Source of the DNA: Neocallimastix sp. 'constans'
Lineage: Eukaryota
NCBI GenBank assembly: GCA_050613775.1
Contig: JBODTK010000010.1
Coordinates: forward strand, 496,001-560,000
Length of the DNA stretch: 64,000 nt
Direction: 5' to 3'
In this document: one piece after another, positions 44,493-61,900 of the stretch
Layout of the letters: each line of letters starts with the position of its first letter
How positions within the stretch are numbered: position 1 is the first letter of the stretch
Translations under genes and position numbers: made by a program
Notes under the pieces: model-generated
The model's input: only the letters and a program-made list of their open reading frames with translations
The model's database searches: none
Told to the model about the DNA's origin: nothing

Positions 44493-45437
44493 TTATTCAG
44501 TTTTGTTAATATCTTTTTCTTTACGAGTTTCCCAATGAACATCTGCAATATAGAAATTGTAACATATATTACCAATAATAGCGGTACATAAATGCCACAA
44601 TGAATGAGCATCAGTTATAAAGAACAATGGTGAGAAATCAAAAAGCTCAAACATCATAGCTCCGAAAGTTAAAAGAACAGTCATTACTATATCTTTTACA
44701 TATGGACGATTCTTATTCTTGTATGCCCAATATAACCATAAAGAATATTCAATAATTCCAAAAAATGTACAAGCAGCAATATTATAAGAATAATCAAAAA
44801 ACCAAAAAGTAAGATAAGAAATATGTCCAATATAATAAAGGAATAAAATTGAGAAAATCACCGAAATTATCTTTTTAGATCGAATATTAAATACACGAAT
44901 AATAGTTACAAAACAATTGCAAATAATTGATGCACTGGCACCAAAATAATCCATTTTTTCAGTAACTTTATTATCTCTTGTATGGAATATCATTGAAGCA
45001 ATCCATGAATAAATACCTACTAAGGAATTCAAGGTATAAATGTTTCGTAAATAATACTTTTTTGGTGTAGCACTATTCAGACGTTTTAAACCAATATAAT
45101 GCATACATAAATTAAAAAATGAAAATAATACAGAAGCAGGTTCTTGCATACCCAAAAATCTATAGAAAGGCCATTTTCCATAATATTGAACAATTCGTTC
45201 ATTATTATTTTGTCTTTCTTCAACATTTTTAAACATACAATGATATTTACATTCAGCTTCGCAAGACCAAAAAGTTAAGCGTAATGGTAATGAAAGTTTT
45301 GGTGGATCATTTTCACATATACTTTCGTTACATATGTATAAACATTCTTTAAATCTTTTATCAATATCACCCCAAGATGATTTTACAGAAGAAATTAATA
45401 ATGAGCATAATAAAACAATTATAAATTTATAATTCAT
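44493..45437 (-). CDS. PER1: Per1/PGAP3 GPI-remodelling phospholipase A2-like membrane protein
   Basis: S.GD....F..C...C, WSCEAECKYHCM, QYYGKWPFYRFLGMQEPASVLFS, FHTRD...TEKMDYF, ELFDFSP and DAHSLWH. Confidence 0.95.
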   Translation of the reverse strand: MNYKFIIVLLCSLLISSVKSSWGDIDKRFKECLYICNESICENDPPKLSLPLRLTFWSCEAECKYHCMFKNVEERQNNNERIVQYYGKWPFYRFLGMQEPASVLFSFFNLCMHYIGLKRLNSATPKKYYLRNIYTLNSLVGIYSWIASMIFHTRDNKVTEKMDYFGASASIICNCFVTIIRVFNIRSKKIISVIFSILFLYYIGHISYLTFWFFDYSYNIAACTFFGIIEYSLWLYWAYKNKNRPYVKDIVMTVLLTFGAMMFELFDFSPLFFITDAHSLWHLCTAIIGNICYNFYIADVHWETRKEKDINKTE

Positions 45438-46292
45438 TTTTCCCTGTTATTAATATTTAAAAATAATGATTATATTAATTTGAAAATCATCAGTACTTAT
45501 TATTAATTGATTAACAGTAAATAACTATTTTATTGTTATTTTATTATATTTAAAAATTTAATTAGAATTCAAAAATTTACGAAATTAAAATTTTTCATAA
45601 TTATTTAAATTAATAAATTATTGAATTAATAAAAAATTTGTACCTCAATTAATATTGACAGAAAAAAATATTTGTTTTTATTTATATATATTTTATTGTT
45701 ATTTAATATTACTTTTTTTTCAATTATTTGTAATATTAATTTTTTTGTTCTTCTATCTGTTCAAAAAAAAAAAATAATAATAATAAAAATAAAAAATAAA
45801 AATTAAAATAAAATTATTGTTTTTTCTTTAAAACCTATTTTTTTCCATGTTGATTCAAATTAATTACCAAAATATAAAAAATTTTAATTTAATATATTAA
45901 GAAATTCTATAAAAAAATCTCAATTATATTTATAAATCAAAATTAATTAATATAAAAGTGTAAATTAGATTAAGTATAATCTTATTTACAAAAAGAAATA
46001 GTATATCATTTTTAATATGATTTAAATAATTAATAATAACATAAATGATTTTTTATAAATACCAATTTTATTATATTTTATATTTTTTTAATAATAGATA
46101 AAGCTTTTTTGATATTTTTATTTAATAATAAAATTTATGTAATCTTAAATAAACTTTAAATTTAAATAATCTTTATAAAAAAAAAAATTTTTTTATAATA
46201 ATTTTAAATAAACTATTTATTTTTAGCTTTATTAAAATTGTTAAAATATAAAATTAATTAAACTTTTTCTTTTTTAATAATACTAAATAATA

Positions 46293-46340
<48 letters not shown>

Positions 46341-46759
46341 TAAATTTTGACAATTTATGTTTAGAAGTTTATTCATTATATATCATTAAAAATTGTAAAA
46401 TAAATAAAATTAAATAAATTCTTGTATAATTAGCATAATTATATACCAAAATTTTAATGATTCAAATAGAAATTATTAATATTTTAACTTTTATAAACTT
46501 TCATATAATGGTAGATTTTATCATCAGAAATAAATAATAAAGAATTAATAGTCAATAAAATAAAATTAAAAAAGGGACAATTAAATTAATCGCACTCTTT
46601 TCATACTTTTAAAAAAAATAAGTAAATATATTATTTATACTATATTTTATGTTTTATTTAATTTTTTTTTATCTATTTAATTCTTTTTTTTTTTTATACT
46701 TTTTTTTTTAAAAAAATATATATATATTGAATTTTGTATAATGAATTTAATATAATAAT

Positions 46760-47418
46760 TTAATAATAGAATCTAGTATAATATCCTTTAAATTTAAATA
46801 GCTCAAAGAAAAATTGTTTCCATTTAGGTCCTTTAATGAATATAATTGGTTTTATAAATTTTGCATCCTCTAATTCTTCATCATTTTTCTGTTCAAAATT
46901 TAAAGTTCTAATTAATGTCTTAATAATATTTATACTACTTTCTTTGAATTGAACTTGCATTACTTCATTAACATGTTTATCTCTTATTTGGTAAGATCAA
47001 CTTTTTCAAATTTATTAAAATAGGATTTTATAATAAATAGATGATTACAGGATTTATCTTGCAAAATAAATTCATAATTTTCTCCTCTTTTATCTATTTC
47101 TATCTTGTGAAAAATTTAAAATCTCTCTTTCTGGTATAGATTTAATATCGCAATTCATTGCTTCAATCCATAGAGTATTTGGATAATATTGCATTAACTT
47201 CTCACATAATTTATTTCCATCTTTTCTAATATGATTATTCTTTTTCAAATAATATAATAATAATAATTATAATCAATTACTAAAAATAGCAATAATTATA
47301 TTTATCAAATATAAAATATATATTATAAATTTAAAATTAGTTATATATATATGCCTTTTAATCATTATAATAGTTTTAGTTCCAAATATTTTATAAACAT
47401 AGTTAATAAATTTTGATT
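46760..47418 (-). pseudogene. Partial TRL1 duplicate: end of exon 5, intron, exon 6 with the CPD domain deleted
   Basis: ESKFINYVYKIFGTKTIIMIK aligns with APEFIANVCKEFDYKTIVMADK; acceptor AG|NNHIRKDGNKLCEKL..YPNTLWI; frameshifts; ends GPKWKQFFFELFKFKGYYTRFYY*. Confidence 0.85.
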
Positions 47419-47419
47419 C

Positions 47420-47825
47420 CAAAGTTCCATTCTTAGCATAACAGGAATTTGTTTCAGTATGATATAAATCTTTAAATTTATGATATTACCAAATTTCGAT
47501 TTACGAACTTTGGCATGCACAATTAAGCTATTTCAAACAATAATAAGAATATTTAAATTTTTTTTGCTTTAAATCATATTTGTATCCACAACAAAAATAG
47601 GACTATTCTTAAAATGTAAAAATTAATAGAGTGAGAAGAAAACTATTTTATTATTTAGAAAAAACAGTACCATTCAACCACTATAACTTGTACATTCCAA
47701 TGTACTAGTTGTTAAATTAAATGTATCATATAATGATTTTAATTATTATGTAAACTTTTATGGATGACATTAGTAAAAAATAGAAAATGCTGGTCTACCA
47801 CTTGAAAAAAAAAAAAAAAAAAAAA

Positions 47826-47856
<31 letters not shown>

Positions 47857-48275
47857 ATATCTGATGTTTATAATGCCTTTATTAACTTTAACTATCATAA
47901 ATTAATGTATAATACTACTGAATTTACAATTAAAACTTTAAAAATTGATAATGAAACTGAAAGTACAAACGAAAAATTTTAACAAGTACCCTTTCCGAAT
48001 ATAGTATTAAATTAATTTAATCCACTCCAGGTAACCCTCAACAAGACGGTCCCATCAAAAAACGAATCAATTAAGACTCTTAATAATTGTGCAACCCATT
48101 TTACTTAATTCTGCTAAATTACCACTTAATCTTTTTTTTTTTTTTTTTTTTTTTTTTGAGATTTTGCTATCTTATATTTATGCCATTCATACAAACTTAA
48201 TTCTCATCAAGATAGCAATTCAAAAAGTACCAAATGAAGTCTTTTTTCAACAAGCCTATTATTGATTATCACACA
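47420..48275 (+). mobile_element. Decayed Ty1/copia integrase region
   Basis: YELWHAQL (gag-pre-integrase), IKTLKIDNETE, STPGNPQQDG, LNSAKLPL and KVPNEVFFNKP. Confidence 0.75.
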
Positions 48276-48277
48276 CC

Positions 48278-48359
<82 letters not shown>

Positions 48360-49161
48360 ATTATTATTATTATTATTATAATTATTATTATTATTATTAT
48401 AATTATTATTATTATTATTTATTATTATTATTATAATTATTATTATTATTATTATTATTATAATTATTATTATTATTATTATTAATTTAAAAACTAAATC
48501 CTTTCTATTAAATTTATATTTTTCAATTAAATAATAATCATATTGTTATGATAATAACTTAATAAAATTGAAAAGTTCTATACCATGTTTATAATCTTTT
48601 TTTTTTTTTTAATAAAAATTTAAATAAATATTAAAAAAAAAAAAAAAAAAATATTTTTGCTTTTATTTTTATTTTTACTTTTACTTTTACTTTTATTTTT
48701 ATTTTTTATTTTTTATTTTTTATTTTTTATTTTTTATTTTTTATTTTTTATTTTTTATTTTTTATTTTTTATTTTTTATTTTTTATTTTTATTTTTATTT
48801 TTTTTTTAAAATTATTTTATTTATTATTATTATTATTATTTTTATTATAAAAAAAAAAAAAATAAAAATAAAAAAAAAAAAAAAGCAATTTTTATTTTTC
48901 TTATCCTTCATTTTTAATTTTTAATTTTTATTTAATTATTTTCTTCTTATTATTTTATTAATATTATTATTATTATTATTATTATTAAACAAAACCAGTA
49001 ATAATTGGTTTTATTATTATTATTATTATTTTATTAAACAAAACCAGTAATAATTGGTTTTATTATTATTATTATTATTATTATTTTATCCTAATATTAA
49101 TATATCTAATTTTAATTTTTAATTTTTATAATAAGAAAGAAAAGAAAATAAAAAAAAAAAA

Positions 49162-52733
<3,572 letters not shown>

Positions 52734-53525
52734 TATATCTTGTTATATATTCAAAATATTGAAATTTTAAATAAATAAATAATATAACACCAAAAAAAAG
52801 AAAAAAAAAAAAAAAAAAAAAAAGGTGTAAATATAATAAATATTATATGTTTTTAATATATTATTATTATGTTGAAATTCTTATTACTTTTTTTTAATTG
52901 TTTTTAAGAATAATTATTAATAATAATAGAATAGAATAGAATAGAAAAAAAAATTAACTTAATTTAATATTTAATTATAAAATAAAATTATTAAATTTTT
53001 TATTTCCAAAATTTAATATATTAATATACTTTTGTATAAAAAAAATTATTAAATTTTAAATTTTAATTAAAATAAATCTTTATAAAATTATTTATGATAT
53101 TCAAAACTATTTTTTTTTTATTATGATAAAATATTTACCTTTATATAATTTTTTACAAGGATATAAAAAAAAAATGAAAAAGCAAAAATTAAAGAAACAA
53201 TGAAAATAAAAAAAATCAGTAAAATTTTAATATAAAATTATTTATAAAGTTATAATTTTTTTTTAAAAAAAAAAAAAAAAAAAGTAAAAATAATGTTATT
53301 TTTTATTTTTTTAATTAACCATAGATTTTTTTTTTTTAATTAACCATAAATTTTAAAATAACTTTATTAATTAATAATCACTAATACAATTTTCTGTATT
53401 ATTATTATTCATAAGGATATAAAAAAATAAATATTTTTCATTAATTCTATTTATATATAAATAAATAATATATATATTTATTTATTTATTTATTTATTCA
53501 TTTATTCATTTATCTATTTATTCAT

Positions 53526-53558
<33 letters not shown>

Positions 53559-53696
53559 ACTTTTTTTCATAAACTATAATTTAAATATCAATTGTCAACT
53601 AATATATTTGAACCACATTTTTTTTTATTAAATATATTATTAATGGTTATGCAAAAAAAAATGAAAAAACTTTTATTCATGTCTATTTATTTTATT

Positions 53697-54008
53697 TAAT
53701 ATTTATTATTATTTATTATTTATTATTTATTATTTATTATTTATTATTTATTATTTATTATTTATTATTTATTATTTATTATTTATTATTTATTATTTAT
53801 TATTTATTATTTATTATTTATTATTTATTATTTATTATTTATTATTTATTATTTATTATTTATTATTTATTATTTATTTTTTATTATTTATTATTTATTA
53901 TTTATTATTTATTATTTATTTATTATTTATTATTTATTATTTATTATTTATTATTTATTATTTATTATTTATTTTTTATTATTTATTATTTATTATTTAT
54001 TATTTATT
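53697..54008. repeat. (ATTTATT)n heptamer satellite
   Basis: Directly visible. Confidence 0.9.
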
Positions 54009-54399
54009 TGTTTCTAATCCTATTATTATTATTATGTATTTATTATTTTTATTTTTATTTTTCAACAATTTTTATAAAGAGGAGATTTTTTTTGTATTTA
54101 ATTTTTAATTTATTATTAAATTAAATGTATTTTCTTATATTCTGAAAATTAAAAAAAATTTATAGGAAATTATTTTTTTTCTTAATACTAAAATACTAAA
54201 ATATTAAAATTATCTATTATATTTCCATTTCTACTTTTTCATTATTATTATTATTATTCCTATTAACAAAAATATTTATATATTTATATATTTTTAATAT
54301 ATATATTTTTCTAGAGACTAATTTATTATTTATTAATAAAAAAATTACTAAATTTATAATAAAATTTAATATTTTTTTCATAATACATACATCGGCATC

Positions 54400-54446
<47 letters not shown>

Positions 54447-54489
54447 ACATTATATTACTATTAATAAAATTAAATTTTAATTTTTTTTT

Positions 54490-55047
54490 TATGATAATCA
54501 TAATGAAAAGATTTATTTAATGAAATAACACCAATAATCGTTAATACTACTATATATTTTAGTATATAATCAGGAGAGCAATAGAATGAGTAATATGATA
54601 ATGAAAATCCAGTTATACTAATATAATTTATTAACAAAATAAAGATTTGATATATATATAAATAAACATGTTTAAAACTTTTTAAAATAAAATATAAATT
54701 TATCTATATTCATATATCATAATACAATATAATATATAATACGATATTTAATAAAAGAAAATAAAAAATAAAATAAAATTATAAAACAAAACAAAATAAA
54801 ATAAAAATAGTATTATGAATATATTTATATTAAAATACATATTAAATTAAAGAAACAATTCCAATAAAATCTAATTTAAACCAATTTTTATTGGCCTTTA
54901 AACAAGCAATGAAAAAGTGAAAATGACATGAGAAATTCATTTATATAAAACCACCAAGAATTGACATAATGATAGATACTATCTCTAGAAATTCCAAACT
55001 TTTTAACATTGAAATATAATAAGGTGAAATAAATAAAATTGTCTCAT
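54490..55047 (-). pseudogene. PAQR/HlyIII (IZH/adiponectin-receptor-like) pseudogene remnant, at least two exons
   Basis: ILGGFI*MNFSCHFHFF...WFKLDFIGIVSLI, then after an intron ITGFSLSYYSFYCSPDYILKYIVVLTIIG. These match the PAQR LDYxGI and YYSFYCxP motifs. There is an in-frame stop and a broken splice phase. Confidence 0.65.
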
Positions 55048-55385
55048 TTTAAGTGTATATATATTTATTACCCTAAGTACATACGAAAAAAAAAATAAAA
55101 AAAATAAAAAACAATAATTAAAATAAAAATAGAATAAATATATATATTATATTATATTATTGTTATTGTTATTGTTATCATTGTTATATAATTATAAATT
55201 AAATGTATATATAATTTCTTGAATAGTAAATATTATTATGATTGAAATATATATAAAAAAAAAAGGTTATATATATATATAACCTTTTTTTTTTTTTTTT
55301 TTTTTTTTTGATATGATAGAATAATATAATATAATTTAGATTAAATTTAATTTTATTAAATAAAGTCTTTTAATCTAATATAATT

Positions 55386-55422
<37 letters not shown>

Positions 55423-55510
55423 ACCAATTTTTTAATATTTTTTATGTCAAAAAAACTTAATAAAGTTTTTTAAATAAAGTAAAAATTTTAATATTTTTAC
55501 TTTACTTAAT

Positions 55511-55700
55511 AAATATTAAAAACTTTTATTTGGAACATGTAGTAAAAATATTAAAAATAAAATTTTTATTTGGAATTTTTAGTAAAAATATTAAAAATAA
55601 AATTTTTATTTGGAACTTTTAGTAAAAATATTAAAAATAAAATTTTTATTTGGAACTTTTAAAATTTTTATTTGGAACTTTTAGTAAAAATATTAAAAAT
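55511..55700. repeat. 40-bp minisatellite
   Basis: AGTAAAAATATTAAAAATAAAATTTTTATTTGGAACTTTT, about 4-5 copies, no spacers. Confidence 0.9.
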
Positions 55701-56524
55701 TTTTTTTTTTTTTTTTTTTTTTTTGGACTTTAAATAAACTATTCCAACCATTATTAATAAAATAAATGACAAAAAAAAATATATACATTAAAGTTATAAT
55801 AAATATCAAAGAGATACTAATTGCTTAATTAAAATACCAATAGGTTATTTTTAATAAAATATATATATCAGTTTAATTATCATTAAAGACAGAAAATCAA
55901 ATAACTTGATAATATTAATAGTAATAATTATAAACATTTATATATATATATATTTTAAATAAATTTAAATAAGATTATTTATATTATTATTTTTATTTAT
56001 CCATTGGTTATTAAAAAAAAAAAAAAAAAAAAAAAAAAGGATAATATAAAATTCTTCAAAGTATAATGATTAAACAAATAAAAAAAATAAATAAAATACA
56101 AATAAAAATCAAATAAAAATAAAAATAAAAATATAATAATGAAAATTATAAAAATTTTTATTATAAATATAGATATTTTTAATAATTTATTTATTTTAAT
56201 TTCAACAATAAAAAAATTAATATCACAATACTATTATTATCAATTAAATTAATAATTAATACTAATGTATTTTGTTAAGATTTTCAAATATATAACCAAA
56301 TAATTAAATATTTAATCCATATATTATCTAGTTTTATATAATTTTTTTAAAATAGAATAAATTTATTATAACTTAATTTGAAATAAAACTAAAAATAATT
56401 ATTATGAATTATGATACAACCGACAAAAAAAAGAATTTTTTTATAATCTAATTTTAATAATTTAATTAATTTATCAATCTTTCAATTTTCTTTTAATCTT
56501 TTATTATTATTATTATTATTATTA

Positions 56525-56612
<88 letters not shown>

Positions 56613-57420
56613 TACTAGAATGAATTAACGATAATCATTAAAAAAATTCCAGTGAAAAAAAAAGTCATAAACTCCATAAAAATACACTATAAATTATAAA
56701 ATAGAATATAATAATAATAATATATAATGATAATAAAAATAAATTAATTAGAATTTCTTTTAAAAAATTAAACAAATAAATATCTATGAAATATTAAAAG
56801 GGATTATCAATTTTTTATTTGTTTGTTTATTCATTCGCTTATTTTATTATTATAATTATTTTATTTCAAAAATTACTAATAAAACAATAAAATATTTAAT
56901 AATTCTAAATTAATTCAAAATATATCATTCTAAATGTTCATAAAAAAAAAAAAAAAAAAAAAAAAAAGTAATAATAAAAAACAAAAAAATAAAAAAGGCG
57001 ATGTATAATATTACTTTAAATTCATAATACTCATTTTTATGAACATTATTGTTTAATTTTTTTTTTTTTTTTAAAGCAATATACATATACTTGGTATTAA
57101 GTTTAATTTTATATATTTATAAAGGTTTCTTTTTACAATACATTTTTAAATTCATTTTTTAATTATATATAAATAAAATTTACATTATTTTAAATAATAT
57201 AAAAATTCTATATATGTTTAAATAAAAAGGTAAAGAAAAAAAAATTATATACATATATAATAAAGACTAATTTATATTTTTAATTTCTTATATATTCTTT
57301 ACTTCTTTTTTTTTTTACAAAAAAAAAAAAAAAAAAAAAAAATTCATTTTATATATTTATATATATATATATATATATTTATAAATTATTATTCATTTTA
57401 TTTAAATTTAAAATTGCATT

Positions 57421-58968
57421 TCAAAAAAACTGATTCCCTTTATCTTCTATTGATGTTTCATAATTAAAATTCATATTATTCGAAGTATTAACCTCGTCAG
57501 AATAGTATATATCTACAATATCTTTATTACTTTTACTACTAAATGATATTGAATTTTTATTTGTCATTTTTATAACACCATCATCAAAAGATAATGTGGT
57601 TTGATTATCTTCGTCGTCCTCACCTTCACCTTCCACCTCCAATATATATGGTATACTAGAAGAAGCAACAGGTTCATCACGATTTCTTGTATTTAATGAA
57701 AAAATTGGTGAATCAATAGGTGATAATTTTCTATTCGAAAATGAAAATGATTGATGATATGTTGTAGGTGACATTACTGAACTAATAGTATTAAACTGTG
57801 GAATTTTTGTAGGTGAAGTTACTGAGCTAACAGTATTAAATTGAGGAATTTTTGTAGGTGAAGTTACTGAACTAATAGTATTAAATTGTGGAATTAAATT
57901 TCTACTTTCTATAGGTGATAAATAAGTATATGAATTTGTTGAATTAAAATCTTGAAAAGAAATATTATAAAGTGAATTTTCATTCGGTGAAGAATTGGAA
58001 GAATTTGGTGATGACACACCAGCTGAGCTATTATGTCTATATGAAGAATTTAATATAGAACTTCTTTGCGATATTCTATTTCTATCAATAAGATTATTGG
58101 TAGATGAATAACTTTTATTAATTAAAGTAGAAATAGATTGAGGTGTTTCAGGATTAGTATTACTACCAGTATCAAAATCCTTTTTACCATTAATTGTCAT
58201 ATATGGTTCATTAGTTTTAAACTGGTTTAATACTTCAGTATTTCCATAAGTAATATCATCTTGATTTGATTTATTTTCGGTTTGCTTAATACTCAGTGTA
58301 TTCAATTTTTTCTCAAGTGAAGAATTTAATTCGTCTGAAGATGAATTTTCATTTGTACTTGTTTTTAATTTTTTCTTATTAATTACATTACAACGTTTTT
58401 TATTTTTCCTATTGACACAATGAAAAACTGTAAAGAAAACAATAATTAAAAATACGCCAAAACATAAAGCAAAAACTATTCCTTTTTCACTAGTTATAAA
58501 ATTTTTTTCCTCTTCACTTTTTATTTGGCATTTCCTATTTCTACATTTTGGTTTATGATTATCTTGAGTTTCATAGCACTTATATTCTAACTCTATTGAA
58601 CATTCACTATTATATGAAATCCTATTTTGACATTTGCCCTCTTCACAATAATAGGGACTTGTACAATTTCCTTTATGAGTTATATCTTTTTTATCTTCTA
58701 TACAATTTTGACCACTAATATTATCATAGCATTTATTCATATAGCATATTTGATTAATATCACAATCTATACGAGATTTACAAGTATTTAATACTTCATT
58801 TCTCTTATTTTTTTCTTTTAAATTATAATTTATAGGTATCGAAATATTTTCAATATTGATAAAATTTTTTATTGATTCATCTTCAATAAATATATTTTTA
58901 TTTTCAATAAAAAAAGTTAAACCATGATTAATCAATATAGCAATATTTAAAAGTAAAATTCTATACAT
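57421..58968 (-). CDS. Type I membrane protein: signal peptide, Cys-rich ectodomain, TM helix, long Ser-rich cytoplasmic tail
   Basis: 515-aa ORF; CKSRIDC...C...KC modules; TM GIVFALCFGVFLIIVFFTVF followed by a basic stretch; three IPQFNT(I/V)SSV(T/M)SPT repeats. Confidence 0.85.
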   Translation of the reverse strand: MYRILLLNIAILINHGLTFFIENKNIFIEDESIKNFINIENISIPINYNLKEKNKRNEVLNTCKSRIDCDINQICYMNKCYDNISGQNCIEDKKDITHKGNCTSPYYCEEGKCQNRISYNSECSIELEYKCYETQDNHKPKCRNRKCQIKSEEEKNFITSEKGIVFALCFGVFLIIVFFTVFHCVNRKNKKRCNVINKKKLKTSTNENSSSDELNSSLEKKLNTLSIKQTENKSNQDDITYGNTEVLNQFKTNEPYMTINGKKDFDTGSNTNPETPQSISTLINKSYSSTNNLIDRNRISQRSSILNSSYRHNSSAGVSSPNSSNSSPNENSLYNISFQDFNSTNSYTYLSPIESRNLIPQFNTISSVTSPTKIPQFNTVSSVTSPTKIPQFNTISSVMSPTTYHQSFSFSNRKLSPIDSPIFSLNTRNRDEPVASSSIPYILEVEGEGEDDEDNQTTLSFDDGVIKMTNKNSISFSSKSNKDIVDIYYSDEVNTSNNMNFNYETSIEDKGNQFF

Positions 58969-61900
58969 TTTTTTTTTATATGTAATATTAATTCTATATT
59001 GTAATTTTTTTTGTTTTGATTTTATTTTTTAAAGAATTAAAAATAAATTTAAATTAATATATTATTTTTTTCTTTTTATTGTTGTTGCTAAGTTGTTGTT
59101 TTACTTTTATTTTATTTCTTTGTTTCTTCTGATGCTTTATTTAGTTTAATAACGCAACTATCATATATATTTTTCGGTTCATTTATATAAGAAAACGATT
59201 TTATTATTAATAATAAACAAAAAAATATATATATTTATAAATATATTTCAAAAATTTTTATTAACTATTAAATTAAAAATAGTTGAAAAAATATTAAAAT
59301 AATTTTAACTGTATCTAATTGAGTTATGAAGAATTATATTTTATAGTTTCAAAATGCGATAATTATTTATATATTAAAAAAAAAAAATAATATATAATTA
59401 AATTTTATTTATTTCTCTTCTTTTTAATGAAATAGTGTTTCAAAAATTTTTCAAAGACTTAATCAAAATTTTTATTTTGTTTTCATTACTGTATCAATTA
59501 AATTTTATATTTACAAAATTTTTTGTAGAAAAAATAATAAATCTTTTTTCTTATAGAAATTGGGTATATTCAAAAAAAATTAATTAATATTTCTTATTCA
59601 AAATTTTTATATACTTAAAATATAAAAGGGAGAAAAAATTAAAAATTAAAAATGATAAGTAAATCAAAAATATATATATATGAAATTATTTTAATTATAA
59701 ACTTAATTTTGAATTATTATTTATGAATAAATATTTTAAATTGTATCATTCAATCTATAATTTTATATAAATTATTAAAAATAAGTTTAACTTTTTTTTT
59801 TTTTTTTGTTTTAATAATTATAAAAATTTCAAAAAAAAAAAAGTTATTATTTAGTTATAAATTTTAATTTTATTATAAAGTATAAATTTTTTATTTTTTT
59901 TTATAAGTATAAAAGTTTCATTTTTTTTTTTTTTTTTTTTTTGATTTAATTGTATTTTATTCTCAATTTTTCAAAGTTATTTTTTTAAATGCTTTTATTT
60001 ATATCTAATATTATTTTTAATTATTGTTATATACAATATTTTTGAATTGATTTAATAAATTAATAATTAAAAAAAACTTTTCTTTCAATGTTACTATTTG
60101 AATAAAAATAACATAACAAGTTTTTCCAAAAACTATTTTATTAAGTTTATATATATTTTTTATTTTTATTTTTTTATTTTTTTTTATTTTATTTTTTTTT
60201 TTATTTCTTCTAATTTTTTTTTTTTTTTTATTTCTTCTAATTTTTTTTTTTTTTTTATTTCTTCTAATTTTTTTTTTTTATTTTTTTTTATTTTTTATTT
60301 TTTTTTTTTTTTTTTTTTTATCGATTTTAAAAAAAAAAAAAAATCTAAATAAAAATTGGAAATTTTATATATTTATATATTTAACAGTTTATTCCTTTAT
60401 TTTATAAATTTATAATATTTATATATAAATATAATGTTTTTTATTTCTTTTTATATTCAATTATTAAATCTTTGATATAATTAATTTATATGATTTTATA
60501 TTTTATTACTTATATTAATAATATATTTATAAATATATAAATAAATTAATTGTAATATATAATATTTTATTGTAATTATTAATTTGTCATCCTCCCTAAA
60601 ATATAACTTCATATTCTTGAGCCATATTCAATATATATATTATTAACTAAAATTATTAAATTTGTCCATTCAATTGAAATCATTAGCCATGAATTAATCT
60701 CTACATAAAAATAATATTCAGAAAATAATCTATTATTTAATTCTTTACATTATATTCTAATATAATATAAAATAATTTGTAATTTTAATTTAATATAACT
60801 TTTAATAAAAAGGAATTAATTAATTAAGAATAGAAACTTTAAAATTTAAATTTTACTAACAATTAATAATTTTATTTATTAAATTTTTTACACAAACTTT
60901 AAAAAGTAATAAATTTTTAAATTTACTGAAATAAATTAATTTTCTATTTTAAAACAATGTTAAAAAAAAAAAAAACAATATATTAACAAAATTCATTATG
61001 AAAAAGTTTTCCCTTTTTCTTATCATTAAAGGGAAAAAAAAAAAAAAAAAGAGAAGAAAAAAAGAAAGAATACAAAAAAAGTAAATAAATAAATAAATAA
61101 GAATATCTTTTATATAATGTATATTATTTTTTTTTTATTATATATTGAAAATATTTAATATTTATATTAGAGTATATATCATTTATATATATTTATTTAA
61201 TATTTATTAATATTAATCAATAAATATATAAAGCTATTAATAATCATAATTGTAATTATTATTATTAATTATTAGTTATCTTCAGTATTAGTTATCTTCA
61301 GTATTAATTATTTTCAGTATTAATTATTATTAATATATATTTTTTTGCAAATATTTTCCTTTTATAACTTAATAAAATAACAAAATTATTATTTATAAAT
61401 ATAATTATTAAACCTTCAAATTATTTTTAAAGTTTTACTTTTTTTATGTTACACAAGTATTTTAGTATTTTTTTATGGGCGTATAATAATGAAAAAAAAA
61501 AATTTATATGAATAAATAAAAAGTTTAATTGTTAATATTTTACAATGATTAGTATATAAAAATATTTGAAAAAAATTAAAAGGGAAATATTTTTGTTAAA
61601 ATATGTGATTTTCTTTTAAATAGATATACTATAGTAAACATCAATAAATATTTTAATAATTAGGTTAAAATCTTAATAAATATATAACAAATTTCAAATA
61701 TCCAAAGTTAACATCCCTTAACATCTTTTTTTTTAAGTAACTACTAATTATTACATCATTCATTTCATTTACTTTTCTTATTTATTTATTTTATAAACTG
61801 TTATCTAAATATGAAAATTAGTATTCATTTTCTAAATGATTCATTTACAAAGCCAATAACAAATAATTAATAATTTATAATTAATTTATATATATAATAT

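Noticed and set aside
55255..55292. Perfect palindrome AAAAGGT(TA)nACCTTTT
   Set aside because: Mostly homopolymer and TA repeat, expected by chance at this composition.
55511..55700. CRISPR-like periodic repeat
   Set aside because: Head-to-tail minisatellite with no unique spacers and no cas genes, in a eukaryotic context.
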